Positions 27,500-35,698 of a DNA stretch of 57,391 nucleotides are shown here, piece after piece. How positions within the stretch are numbered: the first letter of the stretch is position 1; every line of letters begins with the position of its first letter. The stretch comes from Candidatus Micrarchaeota archaeon (GTDB lineage: Archaea; Micrarchaeota; Micrarchaeia; Anstonellales; Bilamarchaeaceae), in NCBI GenBank assembly GCA_043809425.1, contig JAZDDV010000021.1, positions 1 to 57,391 on the forward strand. The letters run 5' to 3'. A program made the translations under genes and the position numbers. The notes beneath the pieces were generated by a model. That model was given only the letters and a program-made list of their open reading frames with translations. It was not told the DNA's origin and did no database searches.

Positions 27500-30400
27500 T
27501 TATCTTTTCGTTACGCAACGATCCCTGGTGTCATGTATGTCACACACCAGGCCGTACTGTCTGCAGTCTATTTCTTCATACTTCACAGTGCCGTCTGGGC
27601 TGCTGCAGGTTGCCTCAATCAGGATGTTTTCATCCTTGCATTTGTCATAATATTTGACCTGATGCCCTGCTGGCCCGACAATGACTGGCTGCCTGCTGTA
27701 GAGCCAGCTGCCCCCCTGCAGGTTGGCATCTGTATCTGTGCAGTTGCCTGAAGGAATGTTGTCGCATTTTCCATCAAGACAGCCGCATGGCTCGTAATCA
27801 GCAGTAACTGGGTTCACGCACTCATAGGTGCTGCAGTCAACGATCTCATGGCCATAGGCCTGGCCGTTGAGTATGCAGGTCATCTCATCCAGCTTAACAA
27901 TATCCAGGCACTGGTCGCTTCTGGTCACCTTGTTGCCATTCTCGTCATCAAAGGTTATGGAGCCCTTTACGAACACCCCGTTATTTGGTTGGCCGTAATC
28001 GCTCTCAACGCAATTGAAGTTCTTATAGGCGCAGGCACCTCCGGTACCACCTCCGGAAAAACAGACGCACGGCCCTGTTGAGCCAGTGGTCGCGTCCGTG
28101 CAGGACTGGGCACCGCAGTCGACCTTTAGCTTCTCAATCTCGAAATTATCCTTGCAGGCAGCTTCTGAAAGCTCCGTGACACTATCGCAAGAATCATATT
28201 CCATGTAGCTTGGGAAACCTGCAAAGGTCGAATTGAAAATCCCTCTGGAAGGCTGGGTCACATCTGCATCAAAACAATAGGCATAGGCAGCGCTTTCATT
28301 GCAGGCGCTGTTGTTGCAATCGCAGGGAACGTAGACTGGCTTGGGTTGGCCGTTTTCGTCGCATCTCCATTCCTTCAGCATCTTACTCTTTTCCTGCTCG
28401 GTTCCGCCTGCCCCGTCCACGCAGAAGTCTTTGTAGACAGTTATGCTACTGCTTATTTGGTCCTTCATCAGCACAGTCGACGCCATAAAGATATCCTTGC
28501 CGCTTTTCATGAGCTCAGCATCGCGGTCATTGCAGCCAATGGCAACAGGCTTCAAATCACAGGAGCCGTTGGCACAAACGCAGGATTCATAGGCATCTGT
28601 GGGGCCCACACGGCAAGTGGACTTGGTGCAATCATAGGGCCTGATGAAAGGCTGGGAGCCAAATGGCGGAACATCGCGGCAAGCATACTCCTTAAGCATC
28701 GTAGAAGAGGAGCAGTTATCCGTATAGACTTTTTGAAGAAGAATCTGCAATGGGTCTGCCCCATAGACATTATAGACAACATAGGATTGGTAGAACATGT
28801 AATCCGGGCCAGGGTCATAGTCATTGCACTTTTCAGTCACCGCTGTAAAATCATAATCAAGTTCTGCCTTTTCAACAAGGTCCTTGGCAATCACAATCCC
28901 GCAGAATGGCGCGCCGGTTGCAATAAACGGATTAAGGATTCCGCAGTCCTGCTGCGGGTTCATGGTTGACGAGAAGATGACGGGAAGATTATTTGAAAGC
29001 TGGATCTGCTTGGCACTATAGGTATACCTGTTTCCGCTGCTCTCATTAAGGCAGCATTTTACAGGCAACGCTGCGATTATATCTGCATCAGCATCGCTAA
29101 GATTTGCAGTTGGATACAGTCTTTCATAGGTTTCTCCTGAACTGGCATTCCTGTAGGTGGCATTTGTCATGCCACTAAGCTGGGAACAAAGATAGCAGGC
29201 AGAAGATATCACATCCTTCGGGCATTGCTGGCCAGTTGTTCCTGCAATACAGATGGAACCATCATCGCAAATCATGTCCTGGGCAACACAGCCAAGTTCT
29301 TTCTGGCACTGGACACAGCGAATCTTGCCAGTTGCCTGGTCAATGGCAGGATTTGTCTCATTAACCGCGGCTACCCTTATTGTCATTTTTATCGGCTCGC
29401 CCTGGACAGCTGTACGGCTGCCAAGCTCAAATGCACAGAATTTGGGCCCAAAGGAAAACTGATTTTGCATCAAATTACTACCAACCGTACTACCTGTGCC
29501 CTCTACGCCGACATACTGAATGCCCATCACGCCAGCCTGCCTGAGAGCATCCTTGTTCTTGTAGAATTCAGTGAAAAAGTCCTGATAAAATGCTCTATCG
29601 TTTTCTGGGTCTGGCCAATTGCCGCCCTGTCTGACGTTCAGGAGCACAAGCACTGGCAGGGTGCCGGCGCCCTGAACTTTCTGTATTTCCAGTATTGCCT
29701 TTTTGGATTCGTTTGCAATATCGCTGGCAATGGTTGCTGCACGCTCGATGCTTGTCATTCTGGCCCATTGAAGACTTGCAACATTAGGGCCGACTACGCT
29801 GTTATTGCCCAAATCATAGCGAAGAACTAGAACTTTAGCGTTGTAAGCGAGCATCGGCTCATTCCAGCCTGTTGAGCCTATGGTCACTGCGGGAAGACAC
29901 TTGTCGCATTCAACCCGTACATCACCTAGCTTGTCAGCAGGGACGATTGTTATCACCGGACCAAGGTTATTTGGAAAGCCGCGGCTGTTGGTCGCATAGC
30001 CAGGTCCATATTCATTCTCCTGGTAATTAAGCATGTCCATCCGGTTTTCATAGTCAACTACTGGGATTACACCATTCTCAAGATAATTTATCATGCTTAC
30101 ATCCAAGGTTATTCTTGACTGGGAAGGCATATATTCCTCCTTACAGTAACTACCATAAACACCCATGCCAGGATTTTCTTCGCAATATTTCTTCTGGTCT
30201 TCTATGTTCTTGTCAAATGTCGAGCCGTTTTCATAGGCAAGCGTCTGGTAGGTGCAGGGCTCACACCAGCCGTATTCTTTTATCTCAGGAAGTTTGCCTT
30301 CATTGTCAAGCTTGCAGTCCCCGACGCTGTAAATTTCATAGAAATAGCGGGTGCGCAGTGCGTAAACAGTATTATACGCATTGTCGCCTGCAGAAGAGAT

Positions 30401-32524
30401 TTTATACCAGTCCTCGGGCTGCACTATTTTAATGTCTTCTGTGTCCTGCTGGCCATAGACATTCCGATTTTCAAGAAGGCGATAGGGCGCGCCAAGCACA
30501 AGGGGTATGTTTCCATAGGTGGAACGTTCATCTTCGATATTGATGTCCTCCTTGTTTTTGATGTAGGCCAGAACCCAGGGGCTTCCTGCCATTATTATGT
30601 CAAGATCGCCAACCTCCCGCTCGTCGCCGTCTGAATCTGTTTGAATATGCGTAAGCGCTTCCTTTGCTGCATCAAGGACAAAGAAGTCAAATACGCGCAG
30701 CGCAAAGCCATCATTGTAGTTTCTGACGTCGCGCTTTACATAGTCAACATCTTCCTGCATGTTGCAGTTTTTCACAAACTCCCAATCGCTTATGCTCTTA
30801 TCTGCAACAGCATAGCCGATTACACGCCTGCTGCCATCAGAAACGTCACGGCCAAAGAAATACATGTAGGCTGCAGGAGGATAGGGATTCTGGTCGCCTC
30901 CGCCGGCGAGATTTGTAGCATAACACATGCCACCGCCACCTTGGGTAAATCCTCCGGGGCATTTGCCATCATTTGATGCTACCCTGTTGGCATCAAAGCT
31001 TGTTGGAATCATCTCTATGGGATACCATGAGTCGCTGGGTATGAGGTAATCCTTTATGTTGTCTTCAGGGTACGCTCTTTCATCCGGAGTCCAATCAGTT
31101 GGGCCAAGCATCACCGAGCTTTCCTCTTTACTGCACCAGCCAGTTGGTTCACAACCAGAAGCCAGTGTTTCGGGTTGTGTTGCCTGATGCGCTGGGTTAT
31201 CGTTACAGAATAAACCTCTTCTGAATTGCCAGGCCTCAATCGCCAGTACGCCCAAATTATCTTCGCCTGAGCCCTCGCCGCAATCTCGAGACAATTCTTC
31301 CGTATCATAGGCATCTGAGTCAAGAACGTAGCGTGTTGGGTAGACATCCACAGAATCATAGGTGAGCTTAAGGCTATCACCGTCATGCGATACTTTTGTA
31401 ACCGGCAGACAGATCACGACCTTGTGTCCCTGCTGGAACTCAACATAGCAGTAGGAAGGCACCTCTGCATTGCTATCGTTTTTGATTGCAAAGCCGCGTT
31501 TGTAGGAATCCCGGCTGCAATAGGCCGAGAGGCATTCCGCGCCTCCGCATTCAAATGGCGCTGCCTTGTCTTCCTTGAACATGGTATCAAAATAGGAAGC
31601 TGAGAGTGCATTGGCATAATAGCCGGTGGAAGCGCCACCCCAGGGAAACAGCCTATAGCTTGTGAATTCTTCGTGCCAGTCATCATCAAGACCATAGAGG
31701 AAAGGATAAGTATTGCGGTCGACGGTGCCGGCCGTGGCATTGTCCAGGCAATCGCTTGGAGGAATAACATCCAGAGGTTTGTAATTCACATCATTATATA
31801 GCATGTCAGCATTGCAGTGCTCGGAATTGGCAGCGCAGGGCAGATAATAATTCATATACCTGTCAATGGAACCGCCACTGTTCAGACCGCAGAACTTGTC
31901 GCTGATGGGGAAATAATACTCGTAGGTGTTATACTCGTTAAAAGATGAGCCTGCACCGAAGCGAATGTTGTTTATGGCAACGCCAGAGCGTTTCATGATT
32001 TTCTTCAGCTCCTCATCCATCGCACGCATCCGACAATCAGCATGGTAGAGGTTTATGCTGATTTCCTGCGTCTGTATTGTTGGTCCGCCACCAGAACCCT
32101 CTTCCAGCTCTTCCTTTGTAGGCATTGGCGGAGGGAACCTTGGCCGGTAGAGGAAATCTCCGCAGACCATGGCAACGCAGTCAGGACGCACGCACTCCAG
32201 GTCTTTTTTCTCACCGCAGACAGGAACGACCATGTACTCTGTTACCGGTACGTCGAAGGTCTTTACTGTTCCGTCAGGCAGAACACGCGGTACTTTCATT
32301 GTTCCTTTATCAATGGCAATGGTGCATGTCCAGTTTGTCTTGTCACAGGATTCGGTGGTGTAGGAGTAAGTGGGGCTTTTGCTCAGAACGCATTTTCCTG
32401 TTCCGCTTGCCGGAAACGCCGCATCGCGCTCGCAGCAGGTTGTTTTCTCCGCCTCATTCAGACAGCCTGCCAGAAGCAGCAGGGAAATGAAGGCAGCTAG
32501 GAAAATAATCGTTGTTTTTTTCAT
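27500..32524 (-). CDS. giant secreted cysteine-rich protein (1674 aa), last gene of the membrane-paralog operon
   Basis: The signal peptide ends at a lipobox-like LLLAGC. Cysteine content is very high throughout. The C-terminal 443 aa consist of five tandem Cys modules. Its ATG overlaps the stop of the upstream gene (TAATG). Confidence 0.85.
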   Translation of the reverse strand: MKKTTIIFLAAFISLLLLAGCLNEAEKTTCCERDAAFPASGTGKCVLSKSPTYSYTTESCDKTNWTCTIAIDKGTMKVPRVLPDGTVKTFDVPVTEYMVVPVCGEKKDLECVRPDCVAMVCGDFLYRPRFPPPMPTKEELEEGSGGGPTIQTQEISINLYHADCRMRAMDEELKKIMKRSGVAINNIRFGAGSSFNEYNTYEYYFPISDKFCGLNSGGSIDRYMNYYLPCAANSEHCNADMLYNDVNYKPLDVIPPSDCLDNATAGTVDRNTYPFLYGLDDDWHEEFTSYRLFPWGGASTGYYANALSASYFDTMFKEDKAAPFECGGAECLSAYCSRDSYKRGFAIKNDSNAEVPSYCYVEFQQGHKVVICLPVTKVSHDGDSLKLTYDSVDVYPTRYVLDSDAYDTEELSRDCGEGSGEDNLGVLAIEAWQFRRGLFCNDNPAHQATQPETLASGCEPTGWCSKEESSVMLGPTDWTPDERAYPEDNIKDYLIPSDSWYPIEMIPTSFDANRVASNDGKCPGGFTQGGGGMCYATNLAGGGDQNPYPPAAYMYFFGRDVSDGSRRVIGYAVADKSISDWEFVKNCNMQEDVDYVKRDVRNYNDGFALRVFDFFVLDAAKEALTHIQTDSDGDEREVGDLDIIMAGSPWVLAYIKNKEDINIEDERSTYGNIPLVLGAPYRLLENRNVYGQQDTEDIKIVQPEDWYKISSAGDNAYNTVYALRTRYFYEIYSVGDCKLDNEGKLPEIKEYGWCEPCTYQTLAYENGSTFDKNIEDQKKYCEENPGMGVYGSYCKEEYMPSQSRITLDVSMINYLENGVIPVVDYENRMDMLNYQENEYGPGYATNSRGFPNNLGPVITIVPADKLGDVRVECDKCLPAVTIGSTGWNEPMLAYNAKVLVLRYDLGNNSVVGPNVASLQWARMTSIERAATIASDIANESKKAILEIQKVQGAGTLPVLVLLNVRQGGNWPDPENDRAFYQDFFTEFYKNKDALRQAGVMGIQYVGVEGTGSTVGSNLMQNQFSFGPKFCAFELGSRTAVQGEPIKMTIRVAAVNETNPAIDQATGKIRCVQCQKELGCVAQDMICDDGSICIAGTTGQQCPKDVISSACYLCSQLSGMTNATYRNASSGETYERLYPTANLSDADADIIAALPVKCCLNESSGNRYTYSAKQIQLSNNLPVIFSSTMNPQQDCGILNPFIATGAPFCGIVIAKDLVEKAELDYDFTAVTEKCNDYDPGPDYMFYQSYVVYNVYGADPLQILLQKVYTDNCSSSTMLKEYACRDVPPFGSQPFIRPYDCTKSTCRVGPTDAYESCVCANGSCDLKPVAIGCNDRDAELMKSGKDIFMASTVLMKDQISSSITVYKDFCVDGAGGTEQEKSKMLKEWRCDENGQPKPVYVPCDCNNSACNESAAYAYCFDADVTQPSRGIFNSTFAGFPSYMEYDSCDSVTELSEAACKDNFEIEKLKVDCGAQSCTDATTGSTGPCVCFSGGGTGGACAYKNFNCVESDYGQPNNGVFVKGSITFDDENGNKVTRSDQCLDIVKLDEMTCILNGQAYGHEIVDCSTYECVNPVTADYEPCGCLDGKCDNIPSGNCTDTDANLQGGSWLYSRQPVIVGPAGHQVKYYDKCKDENILIEATCSSPDGTVKYEEIDCRQYGLVCDIHDTRDRCVTKR
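27503..28831 (-). repeat. five tandem ~80-99-aa cysteine-module repeats within the giant protein
   Basis: Each unit begins C-x-[DE]-x-D (CNDYD, CNDRD, CFDAD, CVESD, CTDTD), followed by D-x-C, C, and [VIYP]-[DP]-C. Units 4 and 5 have identical Cys spacing (positions 1, 35, 46, 60). I count about 36 Cys in 443 aa. Confidence 0.7.
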
Positions 32525-33600
32525 TAGACCACCTTGGAAACCATGCGCAGTATGTCATAGGCCTCTTCGCCGAAAAGATACATGAAATATCTTATGGAGA
32601 CAATGGTAACAAAAAGCGCGACCAGCGGATGGATGAGCAGGGAGGTATAGGTTCTGCCAAGCTGCTGCCCGAGTCCTCCGCTTGAAGTCGAACCGGGGGC
32701 GCCGCCCTCCTCTTCGACAACATAGTTGACATAGGCAACTGCAGATGAATAGGTCGGGTAGCAGAAGTTTCCTCCTGTAATCGCAGGCCTGGGCTGCGCT
32801 GGCGGAAGCTTCACAAAACCCGGGTCGGTTACAATAAACACATAGGGAAACACAAGGTAAAAGCCAATTGCAATGGAGATGAAAAGCGAACCTATGGCGC
32901 GCGTTGGCTGGATGGCACGCAGCACAATGCCAACGGGAAGGAAAAGCGAAAGCATGTTTGCATCAATGTAGGAGAGGAAGAATATCTGGGCATTGAGAGC
33001 AATCAGTGCGTTTGTGGCAAAGGTGTTTATGAACCTGGCTGATTCCATGGCCTTGTAAAGATCGCTGACATAGGAACCGGAGAATACCGGGAAACCAAGA
33101 AGGTTGAAGTTGAGGTTCAGCAGATTGAAGTACCAGTTGGCATTGTTAACCATGTCAGCCTGAAGCTCCGCGATGCTGTTTGCCTTGTCCATGAGCTTGC
33201 ATTTTGCAACTGAAATGGCAGAATGGAAATCAGATGTGGGTATCACAATCTTGCCGCAGGAAACCGTACCGCTGATCATTTGATTCATCATTACTGTGGC
33301 GCCGCCGACTATGATAACGAAAAACACTATGAACACGACTGTTGCCATGGACTGGTACATCTCGGTTTTTGCAGAAGTCTCAAGCTCCCTGAGATTGAAT
33401 GCCTTCCCGATGCTATAGAGCGTGCCGTTGAATATCAATGCCACGAAAAGCGCAAGGGCAACAAACGGAAGCCAGGTCATCACACCAAAGACGTCCGCAA
33501 CAAACGTGCTGATCTGCTGCTGGGTGCTTTCCTCTGCCTGCGCTGCCGGCAGGAACAGTGCCAGAAGCAACAGCACCAGTACCAAACGTCTTGTATTCAT
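32524..33600 (-). CDS. polytopic membrane protein, paralog family member 6 (358 aa)
   Basis: Signal peptide, and the shared motifs NLRELETSAKTEMYQ, PVGIVLRAIQPTRAIGSLFISIAIGFYLVFP and a C-terminal FGEEAYDILRMVSKVV. Confidence 0.8.
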   Translation of the reverse strand: MNTRRLVLVLLLLALFLPAAQAEESTQQQISTFVADVFGVMTWLPFVALALFVALIFNGTLYSIGKAFNLRELETSAKTEMYQSMATVVFIVFFVIIVGGATVMMNQMISGTVSCGKIVIPTSDFHSAISVAKCKLMDKANSIAELQADMVNNANWYFNLLNLNFNLLGFPVFSGSYVSDLYKAMESARFINTFATNALIALNAQIFFLSYIDANMLSLFLPVGIVLRAIQPTRAIGSLFISIAIGFYLVFPYVFIVTDPGFVKLPPAQPRPAITGGNFCYPTYSSAVAYVNYVVEEEGGAPGSTSSGGLGQQLGRTYTSLLIHPLVALFVTIVSIRYFMYLFGEEAYDILRMVSKVV

Positions 33601-33602
33601 AG

Positions 33603-34688
33603 TTACACCATTTGCGATAGTTTGCTTAAATCTATCTCCTCACCATACATCCTTGCAAAGAATCTCACCGAAGCAATGGCCCCTGCCAGGGCCAGGCTCG
33701 GAAGCAGGAATGCCCCTACAAAGCTGCGGGCAGTAAGCTCAAGAACATCGAAAAAATCCCTTGGCTCATTATCAAAGAAATCATTCACGAGCCGAGTATC
33801 ATCTGTGTAGACAGAAGTGCCAAGCGCTCCGAAAACAGAGCCATAGCCAAACTCGCTCATGCCTGAAACTTCCTGGAATTTGTCCTTTTCCTTTGCGGCA
33901 TACTCCACGAAAAGCCCGGCATCCCCGGGCTTGTGGATACCCGGGTCATGGAAAATGTCTGCACCGCTGGAAACTATGGAAAACATGGAAAGCAGCAGCG
34001 GATAGACGATGAAGAAAGAAAGGCAGACGGCAATGAGCAGCGAGCCAAGCGGCCTCAGGTAGGGAAGCGAACGAACGATGATTGCGGCAGGAAGGAAGAA
34101 AATTATAAAACCGCGTACTGCAAAAAGGAAAATGAAAAGCGAGTTAAGCGCAGACATGAGATAGAATATGGTTGTGCCGAAAAGCATGTTCATCGTTCCC
34201 ATGCGACCGCCATAGTTTGCAAGCGAGGAGGAAATGGTCCCGCTGAAACCGAATACGCACCAGAGGTCGCAGTGAAATTGGTTTCTGTGCGACAGTATCG
34301 TATAGGCAGAGGCAAAATAGCGCACCACCCTTACCGTATTATGCGAATAGGAAACCGCATTTATAAGATAGTTATGGCCTTCCTCGAAAATGTTTGCCGC
34401 CCCGGTAGGCGGCTGGTCAACCAGCTCGCGCACGCTGTCCACATTAATACCGCAGAAGAAATTAATGCAGGTAAAGAGAAGCGCGATGGACATTATGGAG
34501 ATGACGACCTGAACAACTTCTGTCTTCACCCAGGCAAGCATTTTTGGGTTGTTGGTCACGGTTGCAAAGTAATATACCAGCACAAAAACTATGACTGCAA
34601 AAAATGTCGCGGTACCGGTGATCTGGAGAACCGGACCGTAGAGAAAGCCGTTCAGGAAGCTGGCCTGGCAGACGTCCACGATCATCAC
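33603..34688 (-). CDS. polytopic membrane protein, paralog family member 5 (361 aa)
   Basis: Shared motifs MLAWVKTEVVQ, PAAIIVRSLPYLRPLGSLLIAVCLSFFIVYP and a C-terminal YGEEIDLSKLSQMV. It has a 4-nt overlap with the upstream gene. Confidence 0.8.
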   Translation of the reverse strand: MMIVDVCQASFLNGFLYGPVLQITGTATFFAVIVFVLVYYFATVTNNPKMLAWVKTEVVQVVISIMSIALLFTCINFFCGINVDSVRELVDQPPTGAANIFEEGHNYLINAVSYSHNTVRVVRYFASAYTILSHRNQFHCDLWCVFGFSGTISSSLANYGGRMGTMNMLFGTTIFYLMSALNSLFIFLFAVRGFIIFFLPAAIIVRSLPYLRPLGSLLIAVCLSFFIVYPLLLSMFSIVSSGADIFHDPGIHKPGDAGLFVEYAAKEKDKFQEVSGMSEFGYGSVFGALGTSVYTDDTRLVNDFFDNEPRDFFDVLELTARSFVGAFLLPSLALAGAIASVRFFARMYGEEIDLSKLSQMV

Positions 34689-35698
34689 ATCAGCCTCCCC
34701 AGTGCACTGGCATCGATTTCAGCACCTGCTGCCATTGACAGGTACTTTATGCTTGTAGAAAATATGAACAGGTAGATGATGCTGAAAAGCGTGCCTTTCA
34801 CAAGAACAAGGAATAGTGGTTTTTTGATATGGGCAGCCATATCATTCAGAAGACCAAGCGCGGCATCATCATTGCTGCTAAGCCCGGTCATGCTGCCAAG
34901 GGAATTCGGAGTGTCACCTGGGCTGCATCCGGCGAATTTAGATTGGGGTTCTCCGATACTAAATGAGGGTGAGAGGAAACCAGTTTTAGAATTGAACTCG
35001 TCTAGGTAATTGTAGTCGCTATTCTTTTCCGCAAACGCGTCTGCCGTGGGGTCTATGAAAACAATTGACAGGGGCAGGATAAGGTAAAGCGCTGCACCGA
35101 TGGCAAGCAAAAGGCCGCCTGCTGCCCGGGTGATCTTGAATGTCCTGAGAATTATGCCTATGGGCATTATTATCGTAAGCGCAACATCCGAGATGCTAAG
35201 CAGGGTTTTGAGCGTGTTTAATTCCACGATGCCGATGCTGACCACTGTCTCGGTCGTCGTCACGGCAGGCGAAAGCGCTGAATAGCCGCCGCAGCCAGAC
35301 ATTGTAACCGTGATCATCATTATGTTGCAGGAAAGGGTTTTGGAACCTTCAATCGATACCTTCTCAAGTTCGGTAAGTTTGGTAAAGTATGCCTGCAGCA
35401 TCGTAATGTCTGTGCTTATCTTGGCCTTGGCATCGCTTTGCAAAGTATCTCCAACCGTAACTGTCAGGCCTGCGAATACGCTCAGCATCACTATGAGAAA
35501 CGCAATCTGGTAGACCTCGTCTTTTGCAGTTATCTGAAGCTCCTGGATACCGAAACCCATGCCCACTGCATAGAGAATGGCAATGAATACAACTGCTGCA
35601 ACTATGGCTATGGCGGCAGTGGTCATCCAGCTGCCTGCCGCAAATGATAGCGAGGAAAGCAAAATCACTGCCAGCAGGATTATTTGGATTCTCATCAT
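34685..35698 (-). CDS. polytopic membrane protein, paralog family member 4 (337 aa)
   Basis: Signal peptide, with motifs IQELQITAKDEVYQ, PIGIILRTFKITRAAGGLLLAIGAALYLILP and a C-terminal AGAEIDASALGRLM. It has 4-nt overlaps on both sides. Confidence 0.8.
   Translation of the reverse strand: MMRIQIILLAVILLSSLSFAAGSWMTTAAIAIVAAVVFIAILYAVGMGFGIQELQITAKDEVYQIAFLIVMLSVFAGLTVTVGDTLQSDAKAKISTDITMLQAYFTKLTELEKVSIEGSKTLSCNIMMITVTMSGCGGYSALSPAVTTTETVVSIGIVELNTLKTLLSISDVALTIIMPIGIILRTFKITRAAGGLLLAIGAALYLILPLSIVFIDPTADAFAEKNSDYNYLDEFNSKTGFLSPSFSIGEPQSKFAGCSPGDTPNSLGSMTGLSSNDDAALGLLNDMAAHIKKPLFLVLVKGTLFSIIYLFIFSTSIKYLSMAAGAEIDASALGRLM

Noticed and set aside
27277-27657. 126-aa plus-strand ORF converging on, and overlapping, the 3' end of the giant Cys-rich gene by about 158 nt
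   Set aside because: The first ~73 aa look like a plausible helical peptide, and a TATA-like box lies upstream. The remaining third is Cys/His/Arg-rich junk typical of antisense translation, and there is no homology signal. It may be a shorter real gene with an unclear end, but the evidence is not enough to annotate it.
28346-28969. 207-aa plus-strand ORF, plus other 60-200-aa plus-strand ORFs inside 27500-32524
   Set aside because: They are antisense to the continuous 1674-aa ORF, which has clear repeat structure. They have no independent start signals.
33933-34775. 280-aa plus-strand ORF antisense to membrane paralogs 4 and 5
   Set aside because: This is a shadow ORF. Its Lys/Arg/Glu-rich low-complexity translation is what antisense reading of hydrophobic codons produces, and the minus-strand genes have strong family support.
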